From: a virus
Virus record (IMG/VR): IMGVR_UViG_3300008255_000099
Location: 96,001-160,000 of that record
DNA length: 64,000 nucleotides
Direction: 5' to 3' (one strand)
In this document: in pieces, positions 9,045 through 18,321 of the stretch
How the letters are laid out: every line of letters begins with the position of its first letter
Numbering within the stretch: position 1 is the first letter of the stretch
The notes under the pieces: model-generated
What the model was told of the DNA's origin: nothing
What the model saw: only the letters and a program-made list of their open reading frames with translations
The model's database searches: none
Made by a program: the position numbers and the translations under genes

Positions 9045-11066
9045 TTAACCATTTTTACTTTTTCTGGTTCCGTAAATTCTTTGACCATTCCCTTGTGTCA
9101 TACTTGAAGCGAGCATTCTTTCTGCTGGATCTGCATAAAGTCTAGCGGTAACTGTTTTAGGTAATCTAATACTCCCAGAGCCACCTTTTAATGCTTGATA
9201 TGCAGCAGAAGCAATACAATCTGGGATATCATCGAATTGCCCAGATGCTGCTTCAATTCTAAATCCATTTCTAGAATATTTCTTTTGAAGATATTTAAAT
9301 TGTTGTTTTGCATGTTTTGCGTTATCGCCGAATTCATAGATATCAATTAATCCATCTTGAAAAAGATTGAGAAGAGTTGTGTAAATTTCTTGGATATAAT
9401 TACTTGTAAATTTTGTTTCACGACAAGGGAGACCTAGTGATTTCATTTTTTGTAATGATGTGGTGGAGCCCCATTGATCATATGTCAAACTTATGATGTT
9501 AAATTTATTGACACAAGCATCTATTATATATTGATCCACATCGTTGATAATAACTTGTCCTGTTTTTTTAGGTTCCCATAGTTTTATATGATCTACAATT
9601 ATTTTTTTCTTCCATCCGAATTTTGGATGTCTAATATCAGAGTTTTCGACATGGAGAACAACAAAAGCATAATTATCTGAGGTGTGTGCTGGGTCAGCAT
9701 GTGCAAAATAAATCTCATCAGGAATTCCATACTCTTTTCTTGAATAATTTTTAAATGCCATATCTATGAGAACAGAAGGAATTAACGGTTCTTTTGCACC
9801 ATCGTTGAATTCCGCACCATACTGCATCGCCCAAACGTCTGAATCTTTTTCTTTTTCTTCTTCTAGGAATTCACTGGAAATTGCTGGGTTGCAAATTTTT
9901 GTTGGCAACTGAAACATTAACGGGTTTTTCATGGTAAAACTATCATTATAAAGTTTCCACAAAAGGCCCTCTTGAGCGAGCGGGTTAGAGATTGCAATAA
10001 CACGTCCATCATTGCCGAATGTTGAAATTGATGGCTTTAGTTTATTATAAAGTTCAAAATCACTACTTTTTGAATCTTCTTTAGTAATCATTTCTGCAAC
10101 TTCGTCCATAATCACAACAGCTACAGTTTTACCTACCTGAGATGCTGAGTTGGATGTTCCTGAAAGAATTTGAATTGAACCATCAGTTGTAGGAAGTCCA
10201 GTTGCTATTAATTCTTTATTCCTTTCAATATCTTTTTCTGTAAAAAGCCTCATTGATTGAACACCCATTTTTTTGGGATTTATTTTTGTTTTAAAATAAG
10301 CAGAATCCAAGGCAAGTGTTTTTATCTTTTCAAACACAGATTCTTTTGCCTGATCTTCAGCCACAGCAACATTTAGGATGGTGATGGGTTCACCAGAAAG
10401 CAACTTTTTCTTTGCATGGGGATCGCCCATTTCTATCAAGCGATATGCTTCATAAAGAGCTATTGTTGCAGTTAGTAACGATTTCCCCGAGCGTCGTCCC
10501 AGGACTAAAACCAGTTCTTTGAATGATTTCCCGACTTTATCAAGAATCTGTTTTTTAACATCTGGTTTATCTGCTAAATCTCTTTCAATTAAATCAACCT
10601 CATTAATAAAATTATCATTAAACTCAATTATATCAAGCCAATCCGAAATCTCTTCTTTTGTTAATTCTCCATCAGAAATCTGATTGATGAAAAAGTCCTC
10701 TCTCATTTTTTCATTAAAATTAATACAACTTAAGCATGGTGATTCAAATTTTGGAAGTTCTATATTATTCCAGACACAATTAATACATTTATGTTCTTGT
10801 GAGTCGTTGAGTTTTACATGTCTATTCCCAGATGCCCCCATATAAAAAATTTTAAGAATTAATTTTTGCCATGGTCTAAGAGTTAATCCAAGAAAATATG
10901 AGCTTTCACAGAATGTCTCAATATCTACATATCTAAAAGGGTTATCATCAGAAACATCACCGACATTTCTTTTTTGTTGATCTTTTACAATCTCTTCTTC
11001 AAAAAACGAATCAAAAACATCACCTGCTGTATTTGCTATTGATCCTTTATCTATATTTTTTCTCAT
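9045..11066 (-). CDS. terL: Terminase large subunit
   Basis: LRPWQ, LVLGRRSGKS (Walker A), IMDEVAE (Walker B), ISNP, nuclease motifs HADPAHTSDNYA, YDQWGS, DDIPDCIASA; ATG 11066 with AGGA SD. Confidence 0.9.
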   Translation of the reverse strand: MRKNIDKGSIANTAGDVFDSFFEEEIVKDQQKRNVGDVSDDNPFRYVDIETFCESSYFLGLTLRPWQKLILKIFYMGASGNRHVKLNDSQEHKCINCVWNNIELPKFESPCLSCINFNEKMREDFFINQISDGELTKEEISDWLDIIEFNDNFINEVDLIERDLADKPDVKKQILDKVGKSFKELVLVLGRRSGKSLLTATIALYEAYRLIEMGDPHAKKKLLSGEPITILNVAVAEDQAKESVFEKIKTLALDSAYFKTKINPKKMGVQSMRLFTEKDIERNKELIATGLPTTDGSIQILSGTSNSASQVGKTVAVVIMDEVAEMITKEDSKSSDFELYNKLKPSISTFGNDGRVIAISNPLAQEGLLWKLYNDSFTMKNPLMFQLPTKICNPAISSEFLEEEKEKDSDVWAMQYGAEFNDGAKEPLIPSVLIDMAFKNYSRKEYGIPDEIYFAHADPAHTSDNYAFVVLHVENSDIRHPKFGWKKKIIVDHIKLWEPKKTGQVIINDVDQYIIDACVNKFNIISLTYDQWGSTTSLQKMKSLGLPCRETKFTSNYIQEIYTTLLNLFQDGLIDIYEFGDNAKHAKQQFKYLQKKYSRNGFRIEAASGQFDDIPDCIASAAYQALKGGSGSIRLPKTVTARLYADPAERMLASSMTQGNGQRIYGTRKSKNG

Positions 11067-11082
11067 TTTATTTTCCTGAAAG

Positions 11083-11808
11083 CTACACATTCCGTTTTTG
11101 ATCAAAAACGTCCTTCAATTCAAGGACTTTTCGATCAATTAAATCTCTTGTGTCTTCGTCTTTAATTTCCTGTTTTAATTCTAACATTTTCCCAAGAAAC
11201 ATTTGTGTCACTTCTGAAATTGCTTGTTCTGTTTCATCTTGTAATCCAGAAATTTCATATTTTATTTTAACAAAAGAAACAATTGTTTTTAAAATTCCAT
11301 TGACCGTGTTTGCTACTTTTTCTGTTGTCCCAAGATCATCAGATGTGTCAAACCCTTTAACCTCACCAACCAATTCCCAAAGTGCCGCCATACCATAATC
11401 AATTGATTCTTTTTGAAATTCTCGCATATCATTTTTTGCGTTTTTTACTTTTTCTAACCAATCTATCTTAATCGGAGACCAATCACAATGTTTCCTTAAA
11501 TGATTTGAAAGAGAAGGATAAGTATAAGTCAATCCTTTTTCATTAAAATATTCTTTAATTTTATTAACATTCCATCCACGTATATACATCTCTTCTATTT
11601 GTCTTGCGTGAGGGCAATTGCAAATCCTGCATTGACCAACTTTCTTTACATCATAAGGAACTTTTTCAAAATTATCCAACAAAATAGTTTCAGAATCAGG
11701 AGTCAGTGCTTCAACATCTCTTTCAAACTTTTCTATGTCTGACATCATGCTAGATGTTTCTTTCAAATTTGAAAGTAAATCTTTTACATCATCTTCTTGT
11801 TCTCTCAT
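11083..11808 (-). CDS. Candidate terminase small subunit (Cys/His cluster plus HTH, helical C-terminus)
   Basis: Immediately upstream of terL; CRICNCPHARQIEEMY...YPSLSNHLRKHC; position and size fit TerS, no definitive motif. Confidence 0.45.
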   Translation of the reverse strand: MREQEDDVKDLLSNLKETSSMMSDIEKFERDVEALTPDSETILLDNFEKVPYDVKKVGQCRICNCPHARQIEEMYIRGWNVNKIKEYFNEKGLTYTYPSLSNHLRKHCDWSPIKIDWLEKVKNAKNDMREFQKESIDYGMAALWELVGEVKGFDTSDDLGTTEKVANTVNGILKTIVSFVKIKYEISGLQDETEQAISEVTQMFLGKMLELKQEIKDEDTRDLIDRKVLELKDVFDQKRNV

Positions 11809-11929
11809 TTTAGGTCTCCAATCTTTAAAGGTTTATAGGTTACAATTCAAACTTTTTCTTAATATTCCTTTTTTGAAGGAAAAAGCAAAACTTTATAGAA
11901 TAAAAATAGAAAAAATTGGAGTTAAATTC

Positions 11930-12679
11930 ATGGAATTAGAAAGAGATGATATAATTGGAACTAATTTAGAATCATTAATCGCAAAAGTTAGAAAAATGAA
12001 GGTTTTATCTCAGGCTTTTGAATATGAGACAGATTCCCCAGGGGCTGTTGATGAAATTTCACAAAACATTGGTGAATCAAATCCCTCTGGTGTTCAAACA
12101 CAGGGCCTTTTTGTTAAACTTAATGAAATCCCTCAATTCCAATCAACAGTTGAGAATTTAAATCAACAATTAAATGTTGATGAGATTCTTCAAAAAGTTA
12201 TGGCTGGTCAGGATGTTAATAGCGTTCTTCAACAATCATGGGTGGATCTTGGTGTGATTATAAATTGGGCAAAATGGTTAAGAGATAATTTTGGGATGAA
12301 AGATTATAAGAAATTTATGCAAGTTGTTCAAAATCCTGTATCTGAATTTGTTATTTATCCACAAGGGAGAGAAGATATTAAACAACATGAACTTTCAGAG
12401 CAAAGAGGCGATAAAGTAAATAGTGGCTTTGTCAGCAATTTAGCAAAACAATATTTATCTCCTGATATTCCTGATGAATGGAAGCAATATTATTCTGATT
12501 ATTTCCATAAATTGCAACAACAAAGACTTTATGATATGGGATATTCAGATAATTTAGATCAAGAATTTGCAGCAAGATATAATCAAGGCGGGGACGAGGG
12601 ATTAGATGCAGCAGCAAAAGAATATTCTGATATTGTTAATTCTGAATATAAAAAATTTATGGAACAAAAAGACAAATAA
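11930..12679 (+). CDS. Hypothetical protein
   Basis: In-frame ATG 11930 (MELERDD) with GGAG SD preferred over track start 11735, which overlaps the divergent gene. Confidence 0.65.
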   Translation: MELERDDIIGTNLESLIAKVRKMKVLSQAFEYETDSPGAVDEISQNIGESNPSGVQTQGLFVKLNEIPQFQSTVENLNQQLNVDEILQKVMAGQDVNSVLQQSWVDLGVIINWAKWLRDNFGMKDYKKFMQVVQNPVSEFVIYPQGREDIKQHELSEQRGDKVNSGFVSNLAKQYLSPDIPDEWKQYYSDYFHKLQQQRLYDMGYSDNLDQEFAARYNQGGDEGLDAAAKEYSDIVNSEYKKFMEQKDK

Positions 12680-12732
12680 ATAAAATATTCCAGTTGATGC
12701 CTCTCTCGATTCTGTGTTAGCCTTTTGGTCGG

Positions 12733-13137
12733 ATGGCCACGGCCGAGGGAGTCCTAATCATGTCCAGTGAACCGGAAGAAGCACAAGGCGGAAACACGAG
12801 CAAAGATGAAGCCACAGATAAATTTCTCGCCGATATTACGAAATCTTTGAATGCATTAAAAGAAAAAGAAAAATCTATCACAAAGATTCTTATTATTGAA
12901 AAGGTTCTTCGAAGAATTAGTTATATTGTGATGGGCGGGGTAGTCGGTTATGCCGTTTCTAAATTGGCTAATCTTGGGACGATCTTTAAAATTATCTGCA
13001 CCTTATGCGGTTCGCAAATTTCTGAAGATCTTTTAATTAGAATTGAAAAGGAAGAGAGAAGAGCTTATCAATCAGATCAAAAAAATGAAGAAATAATGGA
13101 TTTTATGATAGGTAAAACACAAGAAAGACTCAATTAA
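12733..13137 (+). CDS. Hypothetical membrane protein (possible holin-like)
   Basis: Hydrophobic stretch ISYIVMGGVVGYAVSKLANLGTIFKIICTLCG flanked by charged coiled segments; start may be 12760. Confidence 0.5.
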   Translation: MATAEGVLIMSSEPEEAQGGNTSKDEATDKFLADITKSLNALKEKEKSITKILIIEKVLRRISYIVMGGVVGYAVSKLANLGTIFKIICTLCGSQISEDLLIRIEKEERRAYQSDQKNEEIMDFMIGKTQERLN

Positions 13138-13138
13138 T

Positions 13139-13348
13139 CTAATTTTGTTCTTCAAGTATTTGATCTAATTCATCTGCTAAACCGAACCATTCAAAAAGTT
13201 CCCTTATGGGGGGTTGATGAAGATCCCTGTTGGCGTCGTCGAGCGCCAACGGGGACCTTTTTTTTGACATCATGTCTGTTGGTTTATAGGTTAAAAAACC
13301 TTCTTCAAAAACAGCAGATATCTTTATTTTTTCAAACTTTTTCTTCAT
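13139..13348 (-). CDS. Hypothetical protein
   Basis: 69 aa; start overlaps the upstream stop by 4 nt (ATGA coupling). Confidence 0.45.
   Translation of the reverse strand: MKKKFEKIKISAVFEEGFLTYKPTDMMSKKRSPLALDDANRDLHQPPIRELFEWFGLADELDQILEEQN
13224..13265 (+). terminator. Intrinsic terminator for the plus-strand genes, embedded in the antisense ORF
   Basis: TCCCTGTTGGCG-8nt-CGCCAACGGGGA (12 bp, one G.U) followed by CC and T8. Confidence 0.65.
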
Positions 13349-14151
13349 TCCTGTTTATATCCTATCATTTCGTCAATATTTTGATCATAAAATACTTCGT
13401 TCACAATAATCATATGTTCGCATGGCAACCCTATCTTTTCAAAGTTACCTTTAACAAATCTATCACAATTACATGTTTTTATATTAGGATCAACTGTTAC
13501 TACCTTCTCATCATCTAAAATATTATAAGAATTAACTGATAAATCTGTGCTGAGGCGTGAGATTTTTACCTTGTCTTTTTTAATTTTAGCGTTAAGAGAA
13601 GATCTCAAAAGTTCTTCTTCAACGAAAGGTCTTATTTTTTCATGAATTTGAGTCCATGCCGCAGGATGATTGTCGTTCTTTGCGATACTTGCAAGTTTTA
13701 CCAAATTAGTATAAGATTCTTTTGTCGCTAATTTAACTATCCCATTTTTTGCATTATCATTAGATGTTATAAATTTAATAGAATCTTTAGGCAATTCGCT
13801 TTTAATTAAATCTTCTATATTCTCTTTTAAGTCATTATAGCTATTAGCAATTATATTCTTTTTATTTGAATTAGCAGAAAAAATTAATGAAATGTTTTCT
13901 TTTGAAAATCCATCAGACAAGAGGACTTCTTCTATTTCTTCTTCATTAAGACCTAGTGCTTTATTCTCAACTATAATCGAGGCAATTTTTGATAATTCTT
14001 CTTGCCTAGAATCTTTTTTTGGTTGAGCCCAATTAAGAGCAATTAAATTGGTAGAAACAGATGGTAAATTTGCCTCTCTTTCCCTGTTGGAATCAATTCC
14101 TGATTTTTGTATAAAATCCAATATAGCATTATCTGTTTGTATTTCTCTCAT
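13345..14151 (-). CDS. SWIM zinc-finger protein
   Basis: C-terminal TCNCDRFVKGNFEKIGLPCEHMI = CxC-xn-CxH SWIM pattern. Confidence 0.65.
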   Translation of the reverse strand: MREIQTDNAILDFIQKSGIDSNREREANLPSVSTNLIALNWAQPKKDSRQEELSKIASIIVENKALGLNEEEIEEVLLSDGFSKENISLIFSANSNKKNIIANSYNDLKENIEDLIKSELPKDSIKFITSNDNAKNGIVKLATKESYTNLVKLASIAKNDNHPAAWTQIHEKIRPFVEEELLRSSLNAKIKKDKVKISRLSTDLSVNSYNILDDEKVVTVDPNIKTCNCDRFVKGNFEKIGLPCEHMIIVNEVFYDQNIDEMIGYKQE

Positions 14152-14182
14152 TTAGAACCTCCGAATTATTGATTAAATCTAA

Positions 14183-14479
14183 TTAATCTTCTTCTTGTGT
14201 ATTATTTCTATACTTAATTGGATAATTCCTTTGTTTAATAACATCAATATACCAAACGGCTCCACATATCGGACATCCAATCTGCCAAAACATTACTCTA
14301 ATCTTTTGATCTTTACCTCTTTTTTTAAAATCTACAATATCAAAAAATTTACTATGCCTATTTGTACACTTGGGATTTATGCATTCTTTAACCACTGGTT
14401 GTCTTATTCTTTTATTGCCATCTAAAAAAATAAAATCATATTCTACTTCTGAATAATTATTTTTTGTTGGTTTATTCAT
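14183..14479 (-). CDS. Small zinc-ribbon protein
   Basis: CINPKC...CPICG; in-frame ATG 14479 overlapping the upstream stop. Confidence 0.55.
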   Translation of the reverse strand: MNKPTKNNYSEVEYDFIFLDGNKRIRQPVVKECINPKCTNRHSKFFDIVDFKKRGKDQKIRVMFWQIGCPICGAVWYIDVIKQRNYPIKYRNNTQEED

Positions 14480-15146
14480 CTTGAATTTTTTTCTCCTCAA
14501 TTTCTAATATTTCAAATTCTATTTCTATATCATTAGCATAACAAAAAGCCACACAAAAACCTATTGCGTCGGCTTCATGTGTGAACTTTCCTGTTTTACT
14601 AACTCTTCTATCTTCTAGTTTTTTACCAAAAAGATATTTAGCCATTTCACATGTTTCTGTTTTTTTAACACTTCTGCGTTTGCTTCCACTGTCACTAAAA
14701 AGTAAACTCATAGAAGTAGTCATAACTGGTTTAGCAATTGCATTGTTATTAAAAGCTACCTGTTTAATTACACATTGATTTTCACCTAATGTCTCTCTTA
14801 CAAAAATATTACCTCTCCCCAACGCCCTTTCAAAAGAAAATATTTTTAAAGGTGAATATTTTTCACATAAATCTTTTAAAAATTTTTCTAATTCTTTTAA
14901 TCTTTCTTTTTCATTGCTTCCTGATTTTAATTTTTCTGTTAAAGATTCAATATAAAAAGCCTTTTTATCTTTGTATTGAAAAATGCACCAACCAAGATTT
15001 GTTGTTGTTGGCGGATCAAGTCCGATGATGTAATCACCATCTGAAATCTCAGATCTATCAATTAAAAATTGTTTTTTAGCATTTTTTATTTTTTCGTCAT
15101 AAGGGACTGTCTTTTTAGCAGGTCTCTTCTTTTTTTTGTAAGCCAT
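14472..15146 (-). CDS. ruvC: RuvC-like Holliday junction resolvase
   Basis: IIGLDPPTTTNLGWCIF, FSFER, KKTET, HEADAIG match the RuvC/RNase H-fold acidic tetrad layout. Confidence 0.75.
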   Translation of the reverse strand: MAYKKKKRPAKKTVPYDEKIKNAKKQFLIDRSEISDGDYIIGLDPPTTTNLGWCIFQYKDKKAFYIESLTEKLKSGSNEKERLKELEKFLKDLCEKYSPLKIFSFERALGRGNIFVRETLGENQCVIKQVAFNNNAIAKPVMTTSMSLLFSDSGSKRRSVKKTETCEMAKYLFGKKLEDRRVSKTGKFTHEADAIGFCVAFCYANDIEIEFEILEIEEKKIQDE

Positions 15147-15202
15147 AATTTATTTACCTTTGGAAACAATTATATAAAAAAGTTAGTAAAAGAAGAAAAC
15201 CA

Positions 15203-15244
15203 AAAAAACAAGGCGTGGACGAATTCGTCCACGCCTTGTTTTTT
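15203..15244. terminator. Perfect 42-bp palindrome, probable terminator after ligA
   Basis: AAAAAACAAGGCGTGGACGAA|TTCGTCCACGCCTTGTTTTTT, no loop, T-tracts both strands. Confidence 0.75.
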
Positions 15245-15253
15245 GAAATATAT

Positions 15254-15283
15254 GTTTTAGTTGTTTTAGTTGTTTTAGTTGTT
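15254..15283 (-). repeat. 9-bp tandem repeat (AACAACTAA)x3 at the ligA stop
   Basis: Minus strand reads AAC AAC TAA AAC AAC TAA AAC AAC TAA AAC. Confidence 0.9.
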
Positions 15284-17302
15284 TAACATTCCAATAAATT
15301 CTTTCTCTGTAATTATTTTAACCCCTAATTTCTGTGCTTTTGATAATTTTGAGCCGGCTTTTTCACCAGCTAAAACATAGTCCGTTTTAGCACTGACAGA
15401 AGAGGATGTGCGCCCCCCTGCTGCCTCGATGGTGGCTTCCGCACCCTTCCTATCAAACTCTTCTAGGGTGCCTGTTACAACGAACGTGAGACCTTCTAGT
15501 GGACGTTCTGACAGCCCTTCAATAGTGTCTTCAACTCTCTGTGGGGCAACCCCAACTTCTATTAGGTTCTTAATAATTGATTTTCCATAATCACTCAACA
15601 TATATTTTTTAAATGATTCTATAATTTCTGGACCTATCCCATCTATTTCAGATATTTTGTCAAAATCGTTAAATTCAATAAATTTTTCAATTTTTTTGAC
15701 TTCTTCTGAAATTAATTTTGAGACTGTTTTTCCAACTAGCTCTATTCCTAATGAATATATGAATTTGTTCAAATCTGGTGTTTTAGAGCTTTCAATAGAA
15801 GAGAGGGCGTTGATTGCCGACTTCTCCCCTTGTCTTGGTAATGATGCAATTTCTTCTTTCGTTAGTTTAAATAAATCTGAAAATTCTTTAATCTTTCCAG
15901 AAACAACTAATTCTCTAATTAATTTTTGACCGACACCATCAATATTCATTGCATTTCTTGAAATAAAATGACTTATTCTTCCAATTATCTGTTCTTGACA
16001 ACCTTCTGAATTAGGACAGGTCCAAACTGATCCTTCTTTTCCAGTGCTTGTTTCATGTTTGACTAATTTTTCTCCACAAGAAGGACATATTTCTGGGAAA
16101 AACCATGGATAACAAGAACTATTTCTTTTTTCTTCGACAACACTAACAACTTTTGGAATAATCTCTCCTGATTTTTTAATAATAATTGTGTCACCAATCA
16201 AAACACCAAGTCTATTAATTTCACCTTCATTATGTAAAGTTGCTCTAGAAACCACAGATCCTGATAAAGTAACCGAATCAAAAACAGCGACTGGTGTTAC
16301 ACTCCCCATTCTACCGATTCCAAGCTCTATGTCTTTTAAAATTGTTTCAGCTTCTTCTGCTTGGAATTTAAATGCAATTGCCCATCTTGGGGATCTTGAT
16401 CTAAATCCTAAAACTTCTTGCTCTTTAAAATTATTTACTTTTATAACTACACCATCTATATCGTATGAAATTTTATTTCTCATTTGTGAAATTTGATTAT
16501 GATAACTAACAATTTCATCTAAATCACATAAAATCTGATTAAAATTACTTGTTTTAAATCCACACCAATCAAGCCAATTCATAAAATCAGATTGTGATTT
16601 TATTTCTAAATCATCACTATGAAAACCAAGAGAATATGCTATAAAATCAAGCCTTCTCAATGCTGTTACACTTGGATCCAATTGTCTCAATGCGCCAGAG
16701 GCTGCATTCCTTGGATTCGAATAAAGATCTTCTCCGTTCTCTTCTCTAATTGAATTAATTCTATCTAATTCTTCCCGAGTCATAAATACTTCACCACGGA
16801 TTTCCACTTCTGGAATATTTATTGCTGATATTTTGAGCGGAACTGATTTAATTGTTAAAGCATTTTTTGTTACATCTTCTCCAACTGTGCCGTCACCACG
16901 AGTAACCGCTTTAACCAAATAACCATCTTTGTAAATCAAAGATAAACCAAGACCATCAATTTTTGGTTCACCAAAAAATTCACAAGAAGGAATTGACTTT
17001 TTAACTCTATTGTAAAATTCTGTTATTTCATCATCATTCATGGCATTTGACAATGAAAGCATTGGTGATTTATGTTCATATTTTTCAAATTCATCAGATG
17101 GCTCAATACCAACTCTTCTGGTTGGGCTATCATCTTGAATCAAATGGGGGAAATTACTTTCAAGTTCTTGAAGCTCACGAAAAGAAGCATCATACTTTGC
17201 GTCCGAAATTGTAGGGCTTGATTTAACATAATAATCATAATTAGCCCTATTTATTTTATCTGTTAAAGATAAAATAATGAGTTTAGCATTGTCTTCTGTC
17301 AT
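15275..17302 (-). CDS. ligA: NAD+-dependent DNA ligase
   Basis: YDYY...ISDAKYD, HKSPMLSLSN, EPKIDG (adenylation K), TRGDG, EIRGEV, DGVVIK, RWAIAFKF, Zn finger CPSCG...CPNSEGC, C-terminal BRCT (FVVTGTL, SSSVSAKTDYVLAG); ATG 17302 with GAGG SD. Confidence 0.97.
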   Translation of the reverse strand: MTEDNAKLIILSLTDKINRANYDYYVKSSPTISDAKYDASFRELQELESNFPHLIQDDSPTRRVGIEPSDEFEKYEHKSPMLSLSNAMNDDEITEFYNRVKKSIPSCEFFGEPKIDGLGLSLIYKDGYLVKAVTRGDGTVGEDVTKNALTIKSVPLKISAINIPEVEIRGEVFMTREELDRINSIREENGEDLYSNPRNAASGALRQLDPSVTALRRLDFIAYSLGFHSDDLEIKSQSDFMNWLDWCGFKTSNFNQILCDLDEIVSYHNQISQMRNKISYDIDGVVIKVNNFKEQEVLGFRSRSPRWAIAFKFQAEEAETILKDIELGIGRMGSVTPVAVFDSVTLSGSVVSRATLHNEGEINRLGVLIGDTIIIKKSGEIIPKVVSVVEEKRNSSCYPWFFPEICPSCGEKLVKHETSTGKEGSVWTCPNSEGCQEQIIGRISHFISRNAMNIDGVGQKLIRELVVSGKIKEFSDLFKLTKEEIASLPRQGEKSAINALSSIESSKTPDLNKFIYSLGIELVGKTVSKLISEEVKKIEKFIEFNDFDKISEIDGIGPEIIESFKKYMLSDYGKSIIKNLIEVGVAPQRVEDTIEGLSERPLEGLTFVVTGTLEEFDRKGAEATIEAAGGRTSSSVSAKTDYVLAGEKAGSKLSKAQKLGVKIITEKEFIGMLNN

Positions 17303-17313
17303 GGTTTGTCTCC

Positions 17314-18321
17314 TCACGATTCACACAACTCATACAACAGGTTGGTTAAAAGATTTTCGTATGGTTTGCTTTGTCTTAATTCTATTAAACATCCCAAGGA
17401 ATAATTTAGCATGTTCTTAATTGTATCTTTGTTATAATTTTTGCTTATAAAAAACATCTTTTTAATTCTATAAGGGTGGTATTGTATTCTTGGTGTAGAT
17501 TCATCTGCTGTGACATTCATTAAATACTTATCTTTCCACACATTTTTTGACAATATTTTTATAACATCTCTTTCAGTATCTAAATCATATAATTCAACAA
17601 GATTCGAAACAACAAGCAATAGCCTTATTTCAGAAATTATCAATCCGACAATTTTCATAGCATCATCTAATGACGAAGAGCATAGAAAATAGTTTTTAAC
17701 AGCAATCAAATAGTTTTTTGAAAATATCCCATCTATTATTTTCCAATAAGATGATAAATACTCTCTCTCAACAAGTTCCTGAACTTCTTCTTTTTTTATT
17801 TCACCATTTGATGATATCTCTAATTTCTCTAATTCTGAGTATATTTTTTGAAGATTCCAAACTAATACATTCTTTTTATCTATCTTTTTTTCTATTGGAC
17901 ACATTCTACTTACAAATTCATTCAATGCAGCTTTTTCTATGTCCACAATTTGGTTTATGAAATTAAACAATGAATTTTTATCTGCATACTCCAAATAACC
18001 AGAGTTAATTATTTTTGTGTTGTTCTTTTTGTAAAAAGACATTCTGCCATCTGGTGCTGAACTATCTAATAAAATAGATATAAATTTTAAACTAGAAAAA
18101 GATTTTATATTTTTTTCAATAAAATCAAGGACTTCTTTTTTTGGGTCATGGATGATGTACATTGATCTTTCATCAAAAATTGATCCATCAAGCAAAGCCC
18201 CAATTTCTTCAAAATTTTCATATATGTTAAACGTGTTTTGAATTTCGTTCTCTTTCGAGAAGTTTTTAATTCTTGATTCTGATAAAAATTTATCTCCAAC
18301 ATAAATTTTTAGATCACTCAT
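17314..18321 (-). CDS. holA: DNA polymerase III delta (HolA)-like clamp-loader subunit
   Basis: 335 aa between ligA and the clamp; NLQKIYSELEKL, WKIIDGIF, IVGLIISEIRLL, HPYRIKK resemble HolA layout. Confidence 0.65.
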   Translation of the reverse strand: MSDLKIYVGDKFLSESRIKNFSKENEIQNTFNIYENFEEIGALLDGSIFDERSMYIIHDPKKEVLDFIEKNIKSFSSLKFISILLDSSAPDGRMSFYKKNNTKIINSGYLEYADKNSLFNFINQIVDIEKAALNEFVSRMCPIEKKIDKKNVLVWNLQKIYSELEKLEISSNGEIKKEEVQELVEREYLSSYWKIIDGIFSKNYLIAVKNYFLCSSSLDDAMKIVGLIISEIRLLLVVSNLVELYDLDTERDVIKILSKNVWKDKYLMNVTADESTPRIQYHPYRIKKMFFISKNYNKDTIKNMLNYSLGCLIELRQSKPYENLLTNLLYELCES

